Of a stretch of 64,000 bases of DNA, positions 12,613 to 26,000 are shown piece by piece. The position numbers and the translations under genes were made by a program. Numbering within the stretch: the first letter of the stretch is position 1; the number at the start of each line of letters is the position of its first letter. The stretch covers positions 8,246,001-8,310,000 of the forward strand of contig JBHGNT010000018.1 of the NCBI GenBank assembly GCA_043228905.1. The letters are read 5' to 3'. The notes under the pieces were generated by a model. It saw only the letters and a program-made list of their open reading frames with translations, did not search any database and was not told where the DNA came from. The DNA comes from Azolla caroliniana. Taxonomy: Eukaryota > Plantae > Polypodiophyta.

Positions 12613-14760
12613 GGCACTGCCGTCACGTGCATCATGTACGCATAATGGCGCGCCATGTACTCATTATACCTGTATCTCTTGATGGGGTTCTTCAGGTGGG
12701 TAGATCGGGGTAATTCATGATTACCCGATTTCACGACCTTTACAGTTGATTTCAACCTTTTCCGAGGGGTTCCTTCTCGATTGGCCCGAAGTCAGATTCG
12801 CTCCAATCTAGCTCGGCACTGCCGAAATCGTATTCCAACATTTTAGTCTTCCCTTTTTCTTTATACGTAAACCGCGGGCGGGGACAACACGGTCGAGTCG
12901 CCACTACTCGCAGGCTCTTCATTTGGTTGGCCATCTCAGCCCAACCCCTCATTCGGCCCACTTATCCAAAATGAGATCGGACTCTCTGTCGTAGCTCTAA
13001 TTTCCTCATCCCCCTGAGGCAGCTCAACCTCACTAACCTCTTCTTCAGAGTTCAGAATGGAGTCATGAGGTATTGGAGGTGAAGGCAAGTACCATGTAGT
13101 GAACTCGTCGAAGACGACATCTCGGCTTACGCGAACTTCCTTTGTTTGGGGGTTATAGCACTTATACCCCTTTTGTTCGTCTGAATAGCCGACTAAGATG
13201 CACTTTTCGGCTTTGGCGTCCAACGTCCTCCATTTCTCCTTCGGCACATGTACGTATGCGATGCTGCTGAAAATCCTCAAGTGGGCCAAGTTCGGCTTCT
13301 TGCCGTAATACAACTCATGTGGCGACATTTCTCCATTAGCAAAGGTCCGATTCTACAAGTAAAAAACCGTGCTTACGGCTTCAACCCAGTAAAACTTCAG
13401 CATATGCTTCTCTTCAAGCATTGCCCTGGCAACTTCTTCGATCGTTCGATTCTTCCGCTCAGCGACGCCGTTCTGCTCTGGCGTATATCTACATGAGAAT
13501 TCACATCGAGTTCCCTCCTTTTGGTCGGAGAAGTACTCCTTCCTGCCATCGGACTATAGGCACTTGATCTTTTGTCCAGTTTCCCTTTCCGCAAGGTTCT
13601 TCACCTTCAGGAACCACATGAAGGCTTCGCTCTTTTTTGCGATCAAGCACTCCTAGGTGTGTTGAGTGAAGTCTTCGAGGAAGGTTACGAAGTAACGACT
13701 TCCACCGAAACTCACGTTCGAATGGATCAAATCTAGTGGATTTCGAGTACGATTACGCTCATTGGGGAATGGAAGTCGGTGTTACTTCCTAAGTTGGCAG
13801 GCTTCGTAGACTTCGCAATTATGACCTTGAAATTTTGGCAAACTGAAAACAATGTTCTTCGTCTGCATTTCACAAAGTTGTGGGAAGTTGACATGGCCGA
13901 GCCACTTGTGCCACAGGTCGATATCCGATTCGACCTTCTGTCCTTTTGCGAATAGTGCGGTTCCGGCTTGATTGGTGTTGTGGATGAACATCTTCTCTTC
14001 ACGGCGCCCTTGTGAAATAACTTGGTCTTCCTCTTTGATGTAGCACCGAAGGTGCGTGAATCAAACTTGCATCCCCTGGTCCACGATCTGACCGACCGAC
14101 GCCAGATTCTTGGTTATTGTCGGGACGTGCAACACGTTCATAAGTTTCCCTTTCTGTCCGACATCACTGAGAGGAAATTCTGCGACATGTTCAATGGCAT
14201 GCAGAGTGTCATCTCCCATTTCGACCACTCCTTGTTTTTTGGTTTCTCCAAGTATGAGAACCATACCTCATGACTCGTCATATGATTTGACACTCTGGAA
14301 TCAACATACCACACCTTGCTTAGTTTCGAGGTGTTCACGACCATCGAATTGGCCTTGTGCTTCATTACGAAGGCTGGGCCGCATCCCTTTCCGGCTGGTT
14401 CGGAGCCTTGGCATAGTGTGACTTCCTGCGTCTCCTCCGCTTGATCCGGTTTTGTCTGAATCGGCTCTCTTCTTCCAACACTCGCTCTCCTTGTGGCCTT
14501 TCTTGGCATAGTACCAACATTCCGTCCCGACCTTCTCTTGCCCACTTCTGGCGCCACTATGACTCCCACTGCTTCTGGAGGGTTCAGAATTGCTTCCGGC
14601 ATTTCGATTGTGCCGTATGTTCTGCTCTTTTTGGCTGCCTCCATTGCACGCCAATCTGCCTCGTCCGCCACGACCACGGGTCCTATCTTCCTCCATGTAC
14701 AACATCTTGCTATCAGTGTGTGTACTCGTCGACGCACCTGCGTGATTTACCTCTACACTT

Positions 14761-15207
14761 TCGTAAATATGTTTTTGAGAGTCCATCGGGACTATATTTG
14801 TAAATAGCCAAAAAGTCGTATTAGTATAAATATGACTTAGGGCAAACTTAGTAAAGTGCAAGTTGTCATTGTTGTTGGTGCAAGATTAGAGCGCAACAGT
14901 GTACAGAGCGAGAGAGAGAGAGAGAAAGAGACGAAGAGTTCGTATCTCTGTCGTAACCGCCGCCTGTGGGGAAGACAGTGAACAAGAGGTCGTTGCCTTT
15001 GTGTTCATCTATTGTACATTGTTACATAGTGATAGTTAGCAGTTAGTGGACTGCCGTGGTTTTTCCCGTGTTTGGGTTTTCCACGTAAACATCCTGTGTA
15101 CTCCTCTCTCCATTGTGTCGTGCATTCATTTCCGTTTCTCTGTGTTTTATGATTCTAAGCTCGGTTGTGGCCGAGCGTTGTTTATCCGGAGCGTGCAGTT
15201 CTTGACA
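14761..15207 (+). mobile_element. 5'-truncated Tork-like LTR in + orientation, ending inside the PBS of Copia B
   Basis: Reverse complement of C-family LTR blocks (tataaatatgacttagggc, ccgtggtttttccc..gggttttccacg); ends ttcttgaca; left end lost together with the 5' part of B gag. Confidence 0.85.
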
Positions 15208-15213
15208 ATACCA

Positions 15214-15652
15214 TGTAAAGGAATAGTGTGCAGAAGAGAACACAGAGTACACGGTTCGGAAGTACGATAGTTCGGTAAAACACAGAAATGACAAAGAAGG
15301 AGAGGGAGAGACAGAGAGAGCAGAAACACCAAACTATATTAAAAAAATGTTCTCCGTACAGATTTCGTGCTTAGTGAGCACTGTTTATACAAGCCTCGAA
15401 TATTGGGCTGACACAAGTACTGACAATACTTGACCGCTCATAAATGAGCCTTCTACACTAACTCCCAAAACTATTCCTTACAAGAAATAACGTTATAATG
15501 GCCTCTCGTTTTAAACACCGCCACGACCATATTTTGCGTAAGGTTTTACGCATCCAGTCTACATACTAGGTTACATGCCCGTTTACGCACCCAGTCTACA
15601 TACTGGGTTACACACCCGTTTACGCACCCAATGTTGACCTTATCTCTCAACA
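15214..15652 (-). repeat. 5' LTR of Copia B, with an internal 36-bp tandem repeat (about 15545-15630)
   Basis: TGTAAAGG...TCTCAACA ends, directly next to the PBS remnant; no partner LTR in the window. Confidence 0.7.
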
Positions 15653-15949
15653 TTGGTGTTAGTAGAAAAAGTGTGTACAATACAATGAACTAGATAATTT
15701 CAAGTGGTGAAGGAACTAGTCTGCTAAAGCTAACAACAAGATGTAAGCCAATGACACACATAAAATCAGAAATCAAGGATATAATCTGATTCACCATATT
15801 TTGGACTAATGAGAGTAGGGTTTCACCCAATAAGAAGGATCTATGCAGGAAACGTGTTGGAAGGAGTCAATATGAGGAGCATCCCATTCATCTTCTTGAT
15901 GTACCTCAGGTATTTACATTTATGTCAACTTTTGTTTTAATTTTTAAAC

Positions 15950-16445
15950 TTAGTTGGTTAGCTAATTAGCCACCTCCAAATAGGATCATAGCTAACTAGC
16001 TATTGGTAATAGCTAAATTGCGATTGACAATAGCTAAGTTAGCTATTCTTAGCTAATTAGCTACTGCAATAGCTAATTATCTACCTCAGAAGATGACCAG
16101 TAGCTAGTTAGCTATTATTAGCTAATTAACTATTGATAGTAGCTAATTAGCTACTCGCAATAGCTAATTAGCTATTGTCAATAGCTAATGAGCTATTAAG
16201 AGTAGCTTATTAGCTACTCGCAATAGCTAGTTAGCTATGTCAAGAGCTAATTAGCTATTAAGGTAGCTAATTAGCTACTGTCAATAGCTAATGAGCTATT
16301 AAGAGTAGCTTATTAGCTACTCACAACAACTAGTTAGCTATGTCAAGAGCTAATTAATTGTTGTCAATACCTAGTTAGCTACTCTTAATAACTAAATAGC
16401 TACTACGAAAGTATGATCATAGCTAATCAACTACCACACTATATC
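15950..16445. repeat. Degenerate minisatellite built on the palindrome TAGCTAATTAGCTA (transposase intron)
   Basis: Core recurs about every 20-22 bp with short variable spacers. Confidence 0.9.
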
Positions 16446-16450
16446 TAACT

Positions 16451-17020
16451 TGTTAGGAAATCGGTCCCTCTAGATGGGATCCGATTATGAATGAAGAGGA
16501 CTCGGTGAGAACCGGAAGAGATTCGCATCAGATGGACCTGGTGAGAACCGGAAGAGATCCGAAAACGGGATCAGATGGCCCCGGTGAGACCCGAAAGAGA
16601 AGACATATTTGTAAATACGTTTTGAGTAAGCCTATTGAGGCTATATTTGTAAATAGCCCTAAGTTCATATAAGCATAAATGTGACTTAGGGCAATCACTC
16701 TATAGATGGGTAGAGAGGGTTGTCATATTGTGGTAGAGATAATTGTTGTATATATATATATATAGTGAGAGAGAGCAAGATAGTAGCTACGAGCACTTTC
16801 TGTTGTAACCGCCGTTTGGCAAAGATCGAGTGCACGAGGTCGTTGCCTTTGTGTCTTCACTTTGTATTTTCTCTCATATAGTGATAGTTGGAGTCTGTGG
16901 GTTCCCGTGGTTTTTCCCTATTAGGGTTTTCCACGTAAATTTTATGTGTACTCTCTACTTCCCATTTCTGTGATTAAGGACTCGATTGTGTCCGAGCAAT
17001 ATTCTGCGCTATTCTTGACA
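16451..17020 (+). mobile_element. Solo LTR (Tork-like, related to the A/C LTRs)
   Basis: TGTTAGG...CTTGACA ends, perfect TSD TAACT (16446-16450 / 17021-17025), conserved U5 hairpin. Confidence 0.93.
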
Positions 17021-18959
17021 TAACTAGCTACATTAGGACGCATTTTTGCTACTCACTAGATTCCCTTTTTATTAGGCAAGTTGATTTATTTATTAGGTTT
17101 AGGTGAATGCATCCAAATATCAAAGTTCAACTACGAACATTCGAGTCTCTTAAGCCACACTTTGTGAGACGCTTAAAGGATCGATACACATGTTGTTGCA
17201 TTTACCATGTACAAATGGGTTTTCTCAAGGACTCTGTTAATCTACTATGTCACCATAGCTCCTCCCTAGAGGATGCAGTCTGCACTTGTGAGTGCCGAAT
17301 TTTGGCGATCTATTTTGCAAGAACATTGTAAATCATCAGAGCATGTTATCTCTTCCATGAGTGGTCTCTTAGATTCAATATTGTGTCGAGAGAATCAGAG
17401 GCTATCTTCCACAGTCATAAATGTGTCATGGGTTTATGTCAAGATTGTGGCCCTAGTAGATTTAGGTGGTGTCCAAAAGAGTGGAGTAGTGAAATTTTAA
17501 TCTCTGTCAAGTTATTTGAGTCTGTGGACACCAATTTCGAAGGAAAGGTATGTAAAAGAAAGGATCTAGTTAGGAAGTCGCTTAAACCAAGGGACTTGGC
17601 GTCTCTATTTGTAGTATCTCTAGGAAAGTTCATTAAACAATTTCATTTATTCATGGCAGGCCCATCAGTTTCAGACTTGCATATCTGATTTTCCAAATGA
17701 TGTAGTATTCTTAGTAGTATATTTCATAGAGAATTATACTTTCAAGCAGCAGAATGAAATTCAATCCATGCATTGATTGGTGTTCAGTGCAAGTAACCAT
17801 TTTTGTGCACATAACATATTTTCGAGTTTCAGGTGATGTTAAGAAAGTACTTCATTTTTTTATTTCTGATGATAAGCAGCATGATACCTTGTTTGTCCAA
17901 CATTGTTTTAAGTTACATTGGTAATGGTTATTAAGTCAACATTTGGAGCTTACTCAAAATTGGGTTTCAACTAACTAAGTTATGTCACAATTGAAGGCTA
18001 GACATCCATTTTATTTTGTTGGCAGGTATCCTTCTGTAACAAGTTTGGTGATGAGATGGAATTGTTTTGGGTCTGGCCATGGTAAAGGTGAACATGATGG
18101 AGCAGGTGCAATTATAAAACGAGCACTTACCCATTAACAGCTAAAGGCAGATGGTGTGCATATGAATTGTTTAGCACATGTAGTCGAATTTTTAAGAGCT
18201 AATATGTCAACGAGTGCAACTGGTGTTTATTCTTCACAGGTCCGAGATATCAAACGTGAATTTTGGGAAGTCAAGATAGATGAAGTAAATAGGGAGAAGA
18301 CCTGGGAGTGCCAAGGAATTCCCAAATTGCGATCTCTCCATGCCATTCGGGGTTATTCTAGGTTGGATGGTAATTGTATTGGGGTTAGAGAATTAACTTG
18401 TTTTTTCTTCCATTGTGTGTAGGGAAATTGGAGGTATTATTTAAACAAAGCATATATTTAGAATTGGGAGTACCATACATTGAATGATAAGGACCAAGTG
18501 GATGGAGAAACAGAAAACAATACTGACTTCACATATCAGGGTCGTGGAGATACTTTGAGTGATGTCATAAACATTGGGGAAGACAATTTAGAGGGTGTTG
18601 ATTTCTATATATTGAAGTGCACGGTTTGTAAACAATGTGAAATGCATAATACTGTAAATGCTTGTGGAAATTTTGTATCTATCGGGACATTCTACATTGA
18701 AGGTACTCTTTATGCAAGACTAGATGATTATGATTATGTGTATAGGCTTTTAGAAGACAAACCAGTAGCATACATGTACTCTCGTTTGGTCAAGTGCATC
18801 AATGTCCCGATGTCGTAGTACAATAGCTGCTCAGGTTTATACATAGTTAGTGCTAATGTGTATAAATGTATTTACAATAGTATGCCATGGAATTTGTAGT
18901 TACAAGGATATCATACCGGTTTTCTTGTAAAGTGGACAAAGTAGTTGTATTTCAAAAAA

Positions 18960-19245
18960 ACAGTTTATTAAAATATTTTGGGAAACCATCTTCTTTCTAA
19001 TATACAGTTTTCTTTCTGTTCTTGTTTGTTAATAAAATCATTTGGCAGTCTTCTTTTTTATATACAGTCTTCTTTTTGTTCTTCTTTCTTAATAAAATCA
19101 TGTCTATTTAATAAAACACAGTTGAATAAAATTGTGTGTCTTTTTGATATAGAATCTTCTTTGTGTTCTTCTATCTTAAAAAACAGTTTAATAAAATCGT
19201 TTGGTAGTCTTCTTTCTATTCTTGTTTCTTAATAAAATCGTGTCT
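18960..19245. repeat. AT-rich imperfect tandem repeats (about 50-bp units) between the two convergent transposon genes
   Basis: Recurrent ttaataaaatc and tcttctttct..tatacagt blocks. Confidence 0.6.
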
Positions 19246-19837
19246 ATTAATGTGTATTGATTGTCAGTTTTACTCTCAATTTTACTTATTGCAACTTTCG
19301 GTTTTAGTCTGTTCAATGTGCATAATGACAATTATACTGTTTGGAATACATTTTGACAATGGTTTTTTTACCCTTAAGTGAACCATGTACAAGTTCAAAC
19401 AGTTTTTCATTCTGAGAACAACCAGCAGCATGAAATCAGAAAGCAATGACCTATTTTAAAATTACACAGTAGATGATTTACTCAAAACAAGCGATTTAAT
19501 TCTTCATTGATTAGTTTGTCATCAAATTACTTATTTATAATAAACCATTGGTAATGTCTACAAAGCGCCTATAAATAGCTAAGCTCTTGCTGGCCAGTGG
19601 AACTTCTCTACATATGTGATCTACACACCGCACTTGGTATGGTGTCCACAACCATTCAGTTAGTTGGCAGATCAATGTTTTCACCAAGTAGTTAGTAGGC
19701 ATTTCGTCAAGTACAATGAGACAACATCAGCGAAGGTTGTAGTAATGCTAGAAATGTTCGGTATGCACAATCAACGTATTGTCGGCATTATATTCCGGCC
19801 AAGTATGCCAAAAATCAGAAAGTCTTTTGAATCTTGC

Positions 19838-20252
19838 TGTTGAGCGGCAAGCTCAACTGGAGCCGGATCGGCTGAATAAGCATGAGCCGGCAAGCGAGAT
19901 GGATCGGTAAGCCGTGAGCAACCGAGCCGGCAAGCAACAGAGCTGGTGAGCTGGGGAGCCGATTAGCTGGATCCAATCGGTAACCGGAAGCCTAGTATGA
20001 GTTTAGACTACTAGGCAATTATAGTCTCATAGTAAGTGTCAGAAGCTCATGTGAGCATTGAAGTACGCGGTACTTCTATTAGTCCCACGAGGACTTGTAT
20101 AAATAGTGCTACTGAGCACAGTTGTATGTGACAGAGTAATTATATCGTTTTTGAATATAGCTTTTATGTTTTGCTCTCTCTGTCCCTCCCGTGTACTTTG
20201 TGTATTCTCTGCTTTCTCTATTTTCTAACGCTTCCGCAAGTAATCGTTTACA
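19838..20252 (+). mobile_element. Solo LTR of an unrelated family inserted in the FCP1-like exon
   Basis: TGTTGAG...GTTTACA ends, perfect TSD CTTGC (19833-19837 / 20253-20257), TATA-like tataaatag near 20098, gagccgg repeats. Confidence 0.9.
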
Positions 20253-21804
20253 CTTGCAATGTCCTGCTATTCATATCTTTCTTGTGTCCACTGACCCTTG
20301 AAGTGTTGTCGCCACTTTGGAAGAATCTTTCTACACACTTCCACACATTTGAACATGGTTTTTCACTCCAAATAAACAAATCAAAGTATTGCACAACCCA
20401 CTCTAGAAATTGATTCGCGTCCCTCCTTGGTGTCATATATCGCACACTCATAAGGGCTTTATCAAGCTCCAAGATCAAGGCTCTTCTTTCGTCTTCTAAT
20501 GGTTTAGGTTTCCATTCCTTCAACTGAGCCTCTATTATACCAAGTATTGGTAGCACACGATCAATTTCAATCAACTCAAGTTCTGTCGACACAATTGGTG
20601 TCCTTTTCCTCTTCAAACCCCTGGTCGACTGTGTCTTTGGGTCTGACTTCACCTTGTTTTGTGCTTGTGCAGTCATTGGGCCTGGCTTCACACTATTTTG
20701 CTCTCGTATATTCAATTGTGTCATTGGTCCTATTATTACCTCTGTGCATGTAGGTACTTCTTTGGTCAAGATCAACCCATTGGTATCACATGTTGCATCT
20801 ACCTGCAAAATCAGATCATTTGTGCAACATGCTTGATCTACTTGCGTGACCAGATCATTTGTGTCAGTTGTGACATCTACTTTCAAGATCGGGCCGTCTA
20901 AACACGCAACAACATCAACAATTTCCACACTGCCATCGGCTTTAGGAGCAATAGATTCAAACCCTTTAGACTTAGCAACATCAGAAAACACCAACATATT
21001 CACACTCACAAAGTACGTAACAGTTTCACAAAATAACATAATGAACATGAAATATTCTACAACAAAATAATAATATTATCTTAAAATCCATCATAGAGTT
21101 CCATTACATAATGTGGATCAAGCAACAACCAATCTGAGGTTTTACTTGTCCAAATAGACCATAGGACATCTTCATAATTTTCTAGGAAAATAGCTAATAG
21201 TCCTATCCCACTAATTAGTAATTGGTAGTCATTAGCTCCAATTCAAGATCCCCTTGATCGAGTAATTGGTCTTGTCCCCGATCATGGCCCCTTCTTTGGC
21301 CTTTTTCTAGCCGGTTGCCCATTTAGCCTTGCTTCTTTCACCTATCGCACAAGTGTGTCCTCCAACAATCTTTCCATCGTGTCAGCATCGGCTTGCACGT
21401 CAGCCACGTCTTGCACTCGCTTTTCATGTATAGTGGGATTTGGTGGGACATCATCAACAATTTGGCTTGGTGTGGTTGAAACAAGGTTTTGGGATTCGAA
21501 GAAATGTTGCATCAAGTGTTCAAAAACACTATTGTTATGAACCTCAGATTTACATGTTATTTCCAATATTTCACAGCTTTTCACAACGTTCCCTAATTCA
21601 ATACAATCTTCCAAAAGAATAGGGTGGAGCTGATTTGAAGAAGATGTGATATTACGACTCTTACTTTCAGCCACATTGCCAACTATCTTCTCATCGGTTG
21701 CCATGTCATCGGCACCAGACACATCATCCAACCTCCTTAATCCACGAGATTCTACAACAACATGTTATCTAATTAGTGGCTTCTCTTGTATTTTTCTATG
21801 ACCT

Positions 21805-23087
21805 TAGCTGAATACTAAACATGATAGCTAATTCGCTACATGGTAGGTAATTAACGACCACTCTTGATACTACTACATCCTATCTAATTAGCTATTCTTC
21901 CTAACTATGGTAGTAGTTAATTAGCTACCACTCTTGATACTGGTTAGCTAACTAGATGCTAGACTATACATTGGCAGTAACTAATCAGCTACATCTTAGC
22001 TAATTAGCTACTAATTAGCTAAGTAAGCTAATTAGCTATTCTTCCTAACTATGGCCGTAGTTAATTAGCTACCACTCTTGATACTAGTTAGCTAATTAGC
22101 TGCTAGACTATAGATTGGCAGTAACTAATCAACTACATCTTAGCTAATTAGCTAATCTACTTTAGTCTGGTAGAAGCTAAATAACTATTCTTCTTAATTA
22201 TGACAATAGCTAATTAGCTATCACTCTTGATATTTCTTAGCTAATTAGCTACATCTTAGCTAATTAGCTATTCTACTTTAGTATGGTAGTGGCTTGTTAC
22301 CTACATCTTAACTAAATAACTATTCTTCTTAACTTGGTAGTAGCTAATTAGGTATCACTCTTGATACTGCTTAGCTAATAACTACATCTTACTAAATATC
22401 TATTCTTCTTAACTATGTCAATAACTAATTAGCTATCACTCTTGATACTGTTTAGTTAATTAGCTGCTAGACTATAGGTTGGCAGTAGCTAATTAGCCAT
22501 TCTACTTAAATATGGTAGTAGGTAATTAGCTACAATGTAGCTAATTACCTACTACACTATAGGCTAACAACAACTAATTAGCTATTTTTCTTAAGTATGG
22601 TAGTAGCTAATTAGCTAAGTGGTAGGTAATTAGCTACTACACTATAGGATCACAGTAGTTAATTAGCTACCAATTAGCTAATTAGTTATTCTTCTTAACT
22701 ATTGCAGTAGCTAATTAGCTACTACAATATAGCTAATTAGTTATTCTTCTTAACTATTGCATTAACTAATTAGCTACCACTTAGCAAATTAGCTACTATA
22801 ATATAGGCTGGTAGCAACTAATTAGCTATTCTACTTAACTATGGTACTTAGCTAATTAGCTACTCCACTATAGGCTGACAATAGCTAAATAGCTACCACT
22901 TAGCTAATTAGCTATTCTTTTTAACTATTGCAGTAGGTAATTAGCTATTACACTATAGGCTAGCAGTAGCTAATTAGCTACATCTTAGCTAATTAGCTGT
23001 CAGACTATAACTAATTAGCTACTGCCAGACCATAGATTTACAGTAGCTAATTAGCTACATCTTGGCTAATTAGCTAATACCTAGGTT
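21805..23087. repeat. Long TAGCTAATTAGCTA palindromic minisatellite (accessory-gene intron); continues at 28476-28570 after A2
   Basis: Dozens of perfect or near-perfect copies of the 14-bp palindrome with recurrent spacers. Confidence 0.92.
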
Positions 23088-23092
23088 GTAGC

Positions 23093-26000
23093 TGTTAGGA
23101 ATTGACGCTTTCCAAACCTTCACCTCTTGACCACAACCGAGGAAACATGAATCAATGCAGCAGAAAAACGAAAACACAGAGAGAGACTCGAATGCACAGG
23201 GTTTAGCGTGGAAAACCCTAGACGGGAAAAAACCACGGGAGTGCAAGACTCCAACTATCACTATACGCAGAGAATGTACAATGGCGAGCTGCAAGGCGAC
23301 GACCTTGAGCTCGCTGTCCTCGCCACAGGCGGCGGTATTACACAGAGGCGTCGACCTCTTCCTTTCTCTCTCTCTCACTCTCTCTCTCGGCTGCTCTCAC
23401 TTCGCTCCCTCTAAGTGGAAAACAGAAAAATGAGCAACAACAATAAAACTGTTTGCCCTAAGTCATATTTATACACATAGGACTTTCGGGCTATTTACAA
23501 ATATAGCCTCGAGGGCCCTTGGCAAACATATTCACAAATATGTCCCCGCATCCGGATCTCTCTCCGGGTACATTCGTCATCCACCTCTGTAACCGGGTCT
23601 TCATCATCCGGATCCGAAACCAGGTCTTCACCATCCGGTTCCGATACCGGGTACTCCTCATTCGGGTCTTCATTCCCGATTCCCGGACATCTGACCATCC
23701 CATCCGGAGGGACCGTAATCCCAACAAACTCCCCCTTCACTTCGGCATTGGATGTCTTTCCAGTCCGACCCTCTTCCGGCACGCTTCCAGCTTGTCGGGT
23801 GTGAGCACTTTGGTCAGCATATCTGACCCGTTCTCGTCCGTGTGGATCTTCGTCAGCACGAACTCCTGGTCTTCTATCCTTTCCCGGATCCAGTGATATC
23901 TTCGCTGGATGTGCTTCGTCCGGGAGTGATAGGCCGCGTTCTTCGCAAGCTGGATGGCACTCTGACTGTCGCAGTAGAGTCGGTACTCCTCCTGCTGGAT
24001 ACCGAGCTCTCTAATGAAGTCCTTCATCCATATTATTTCCTTGCCGGCTTCAACAGCCGCCATGTACTCCGCCTCCGTGGTTGACAACGCAACCGTCTTC
24101 TGCAGCCTCGACTGCCACGAAACAGCTCCCCCTGCATACGTCATCACATACCCTGATGTGGACCGGCTGGTATCTGCATCAGCCGACATATCCGAATCGG
24201 TAAAGCCGTCGAGTTCGGGCTTACCGGAGCCGAATCGGAGGCACACGTTTGCCGTGCCCTTCAGGTATCGGAGTATCCACTTGGCCGCGTTCCAGTGTTC
24301 TTTTCCGGGATTGCTCATGTACCGGCTCACCACTCCGACTGCATATCCTATGTCCGGTCTTGTACACACCATTGCATACATCAAGCTTCCGACGGCAGAG
24401 GCATATGGTACTTTCATCATGTCCTCCTTCTCAGCCTTTGTCTTGGGGCTTTGCTTGCTGGACAACTTGCAGTTTGCCGGGAGGGTTGACCCGACCGGTC
24501 TTGCTTCCGACATGTTGAACCGGTGGAGCACCTTTGTCACGTACTTCTCCTGTGACAGCCACAACTGCTTCTTCTTCCGGTCCCGGATGATGTGCATCCC
24601 TAGTATTTGCCTCGCCGGACCCAGGTCCTTCATTGAGAAGGTTCGGTGAAGCGCTTTCTTCAGCATCCGTATCTTGACCTGGTCCCGTCCGACGATCAAC
24701 ATGTCGTCCACGTACAGGAGGAGTATTAGAAAGTCTCCTCCTTCGAACTTCTTCACAAACACGCAGTGATCGGACTGCGTTTTGTGGTACCCTTCGTCGG
24801 TCATGAAAGAGTCGAACTTCCGGTACCATTGCTGGGGAGCCTGCTTCAGTCCGTAAAGGCTCTTCTTCAACCGGCATACCAGGTGCTCCTTCCCTTTCTT
24901 CTCGAATCCTTCCGGTTGCTGCATGTAGATCTCTTCTTCGAGGTCACCGTGAAGGAATGCCGTCTTCACGTCCATCTGTTCTACCTCGAGGTCCATGCTT
25001 GCAGCTATGCTCAGCACCGTCCGGATGGAGGTCATCTTCACTACCGGGGCAAATATCTCGTCGAAGTCGACGCCCTTCTTCTGCTGGAACCCCTTCACCA
25101 CGATCCTAGCTTTGTATCTCGGGGGGTTTCTGGCATCTCCCGGTTTCAGCTTGAACACCCACTTGTTTCGAAGTGCCCGATTTCCTTTCGGCAACTCCAC
25201 CAGTTCATATGTGTGGTTCTCATGCAGGGAATCCATCTCCTCCTGCATGGCACTTAACCACTTGCGGCTATGGGTGTCAAGCTTTGCTTCTTCAAAACTC
25301 TCCGGCTCCCCCTCGTCGGTTAGCAGCACGTGCTCTGGTTCCGGAAATCTCCGGGGGGCCCTTCTCTCTCTTAGAGGATATCTCCGTTCCGGAGCTTCGG
25401 TAACCGGCTCCTCCGTTTCCTCTTCATCCGAATCCATTCCGGGATCGGGGCCGGTTCCGGTATCAGTTTCATCTTCCTCGGCCGGTTTTGTTTCTTCACC
25501 GTCTTTGGCCGGATCCTCGAGTGCTAACCGGTCCCTTGCCGGTCGGGACTGCTCCTCGTAGAGTTGATCCCCACCGGTCCACTTGGAGCTCTTCATCTTC
25601 TTTTCCGACTCCCAATCGGCGAGTGTCTTGTCCTCCATGAAGATGATATCACGACTCCGGAATATCTTTTTGTCGACCGGGTCCCATACTCGGTAGCCGA
25701 ACACGTCATCGCCGTAACCGAGGAATATGCATGGCCGGGTCTTTGGATCTAGCTTTCCTCTCCGGTCCTTTGCCACATGCACATATGCGAGACACCCGAA
25801 CACCTTCAGATGCCGGTAGGATACTTCCCTACCGGTCCACACTCTCTGCGGCGTGTCTCCGTCCAAAGGTACTGAGGGTGATCTGTTTATCACGTATGTC
25901 GCCGTCGACATTGCCTCATCCCAAAACCCCTTGGGTAATTTCGCATGCGCCAGCATACTCCGGACCCTCTCCATTATGGTCCGGTTCATCCTCTCGGCCA

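Larger units (their letters stand above)
2390..15652 (-). mobile_element. Copia B: old, 3'-truncated Ty1/Copia element interrupted by Copia C and a truncated LTR
   Basis: RT fragment at 2390-2919 (YKARLVVKGYTQ, HQMDIKNVFLQGDL, LYVDDL) joins the integrase/linker at 12613-14000 (HLRIFSSIAYVHVP, KCILVGYS) once C is removed. Protease WYVDSRVSNHMT and knuckle CWYYAKKGHKESEC lie at about 14270-14530. PBS remnant atacca at 15208-15213. Confidence 0.8.
15653..18899 (+). pseudogene. DDD/E transposase pseudogene with one intron (about 15910-17079)
   Basis: Exon 1 FWTNESRVSPNKKDLCRKR..LLDVPQ|GT. Exon 2 FESLKPHFVR..TCCCIYH, Cys clusters, (D>Y)FIENYTFKQQNEIQSMH, ISDDKQHDTLFVQHCF, and WNCFGSGHGKGEHDGAGAIIKR (about 18057-18122). 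Many stops and frameshifts. Confidence 0.85.

Noticed and set aside
20248-21731. Intact host gene
   Set aside because: In-frame stops, LTR insertions and position inside the DNA transposon boundary indicate a transposon-borne pseudogene
21805-23087. CRISPR-like array (palindromic repeat plus spacers)
   Set aside because: The repeat core is only 14 bp and degenerate, spacers are short and recurrent, no cas genes are present, and the context is a eukaryotic intron
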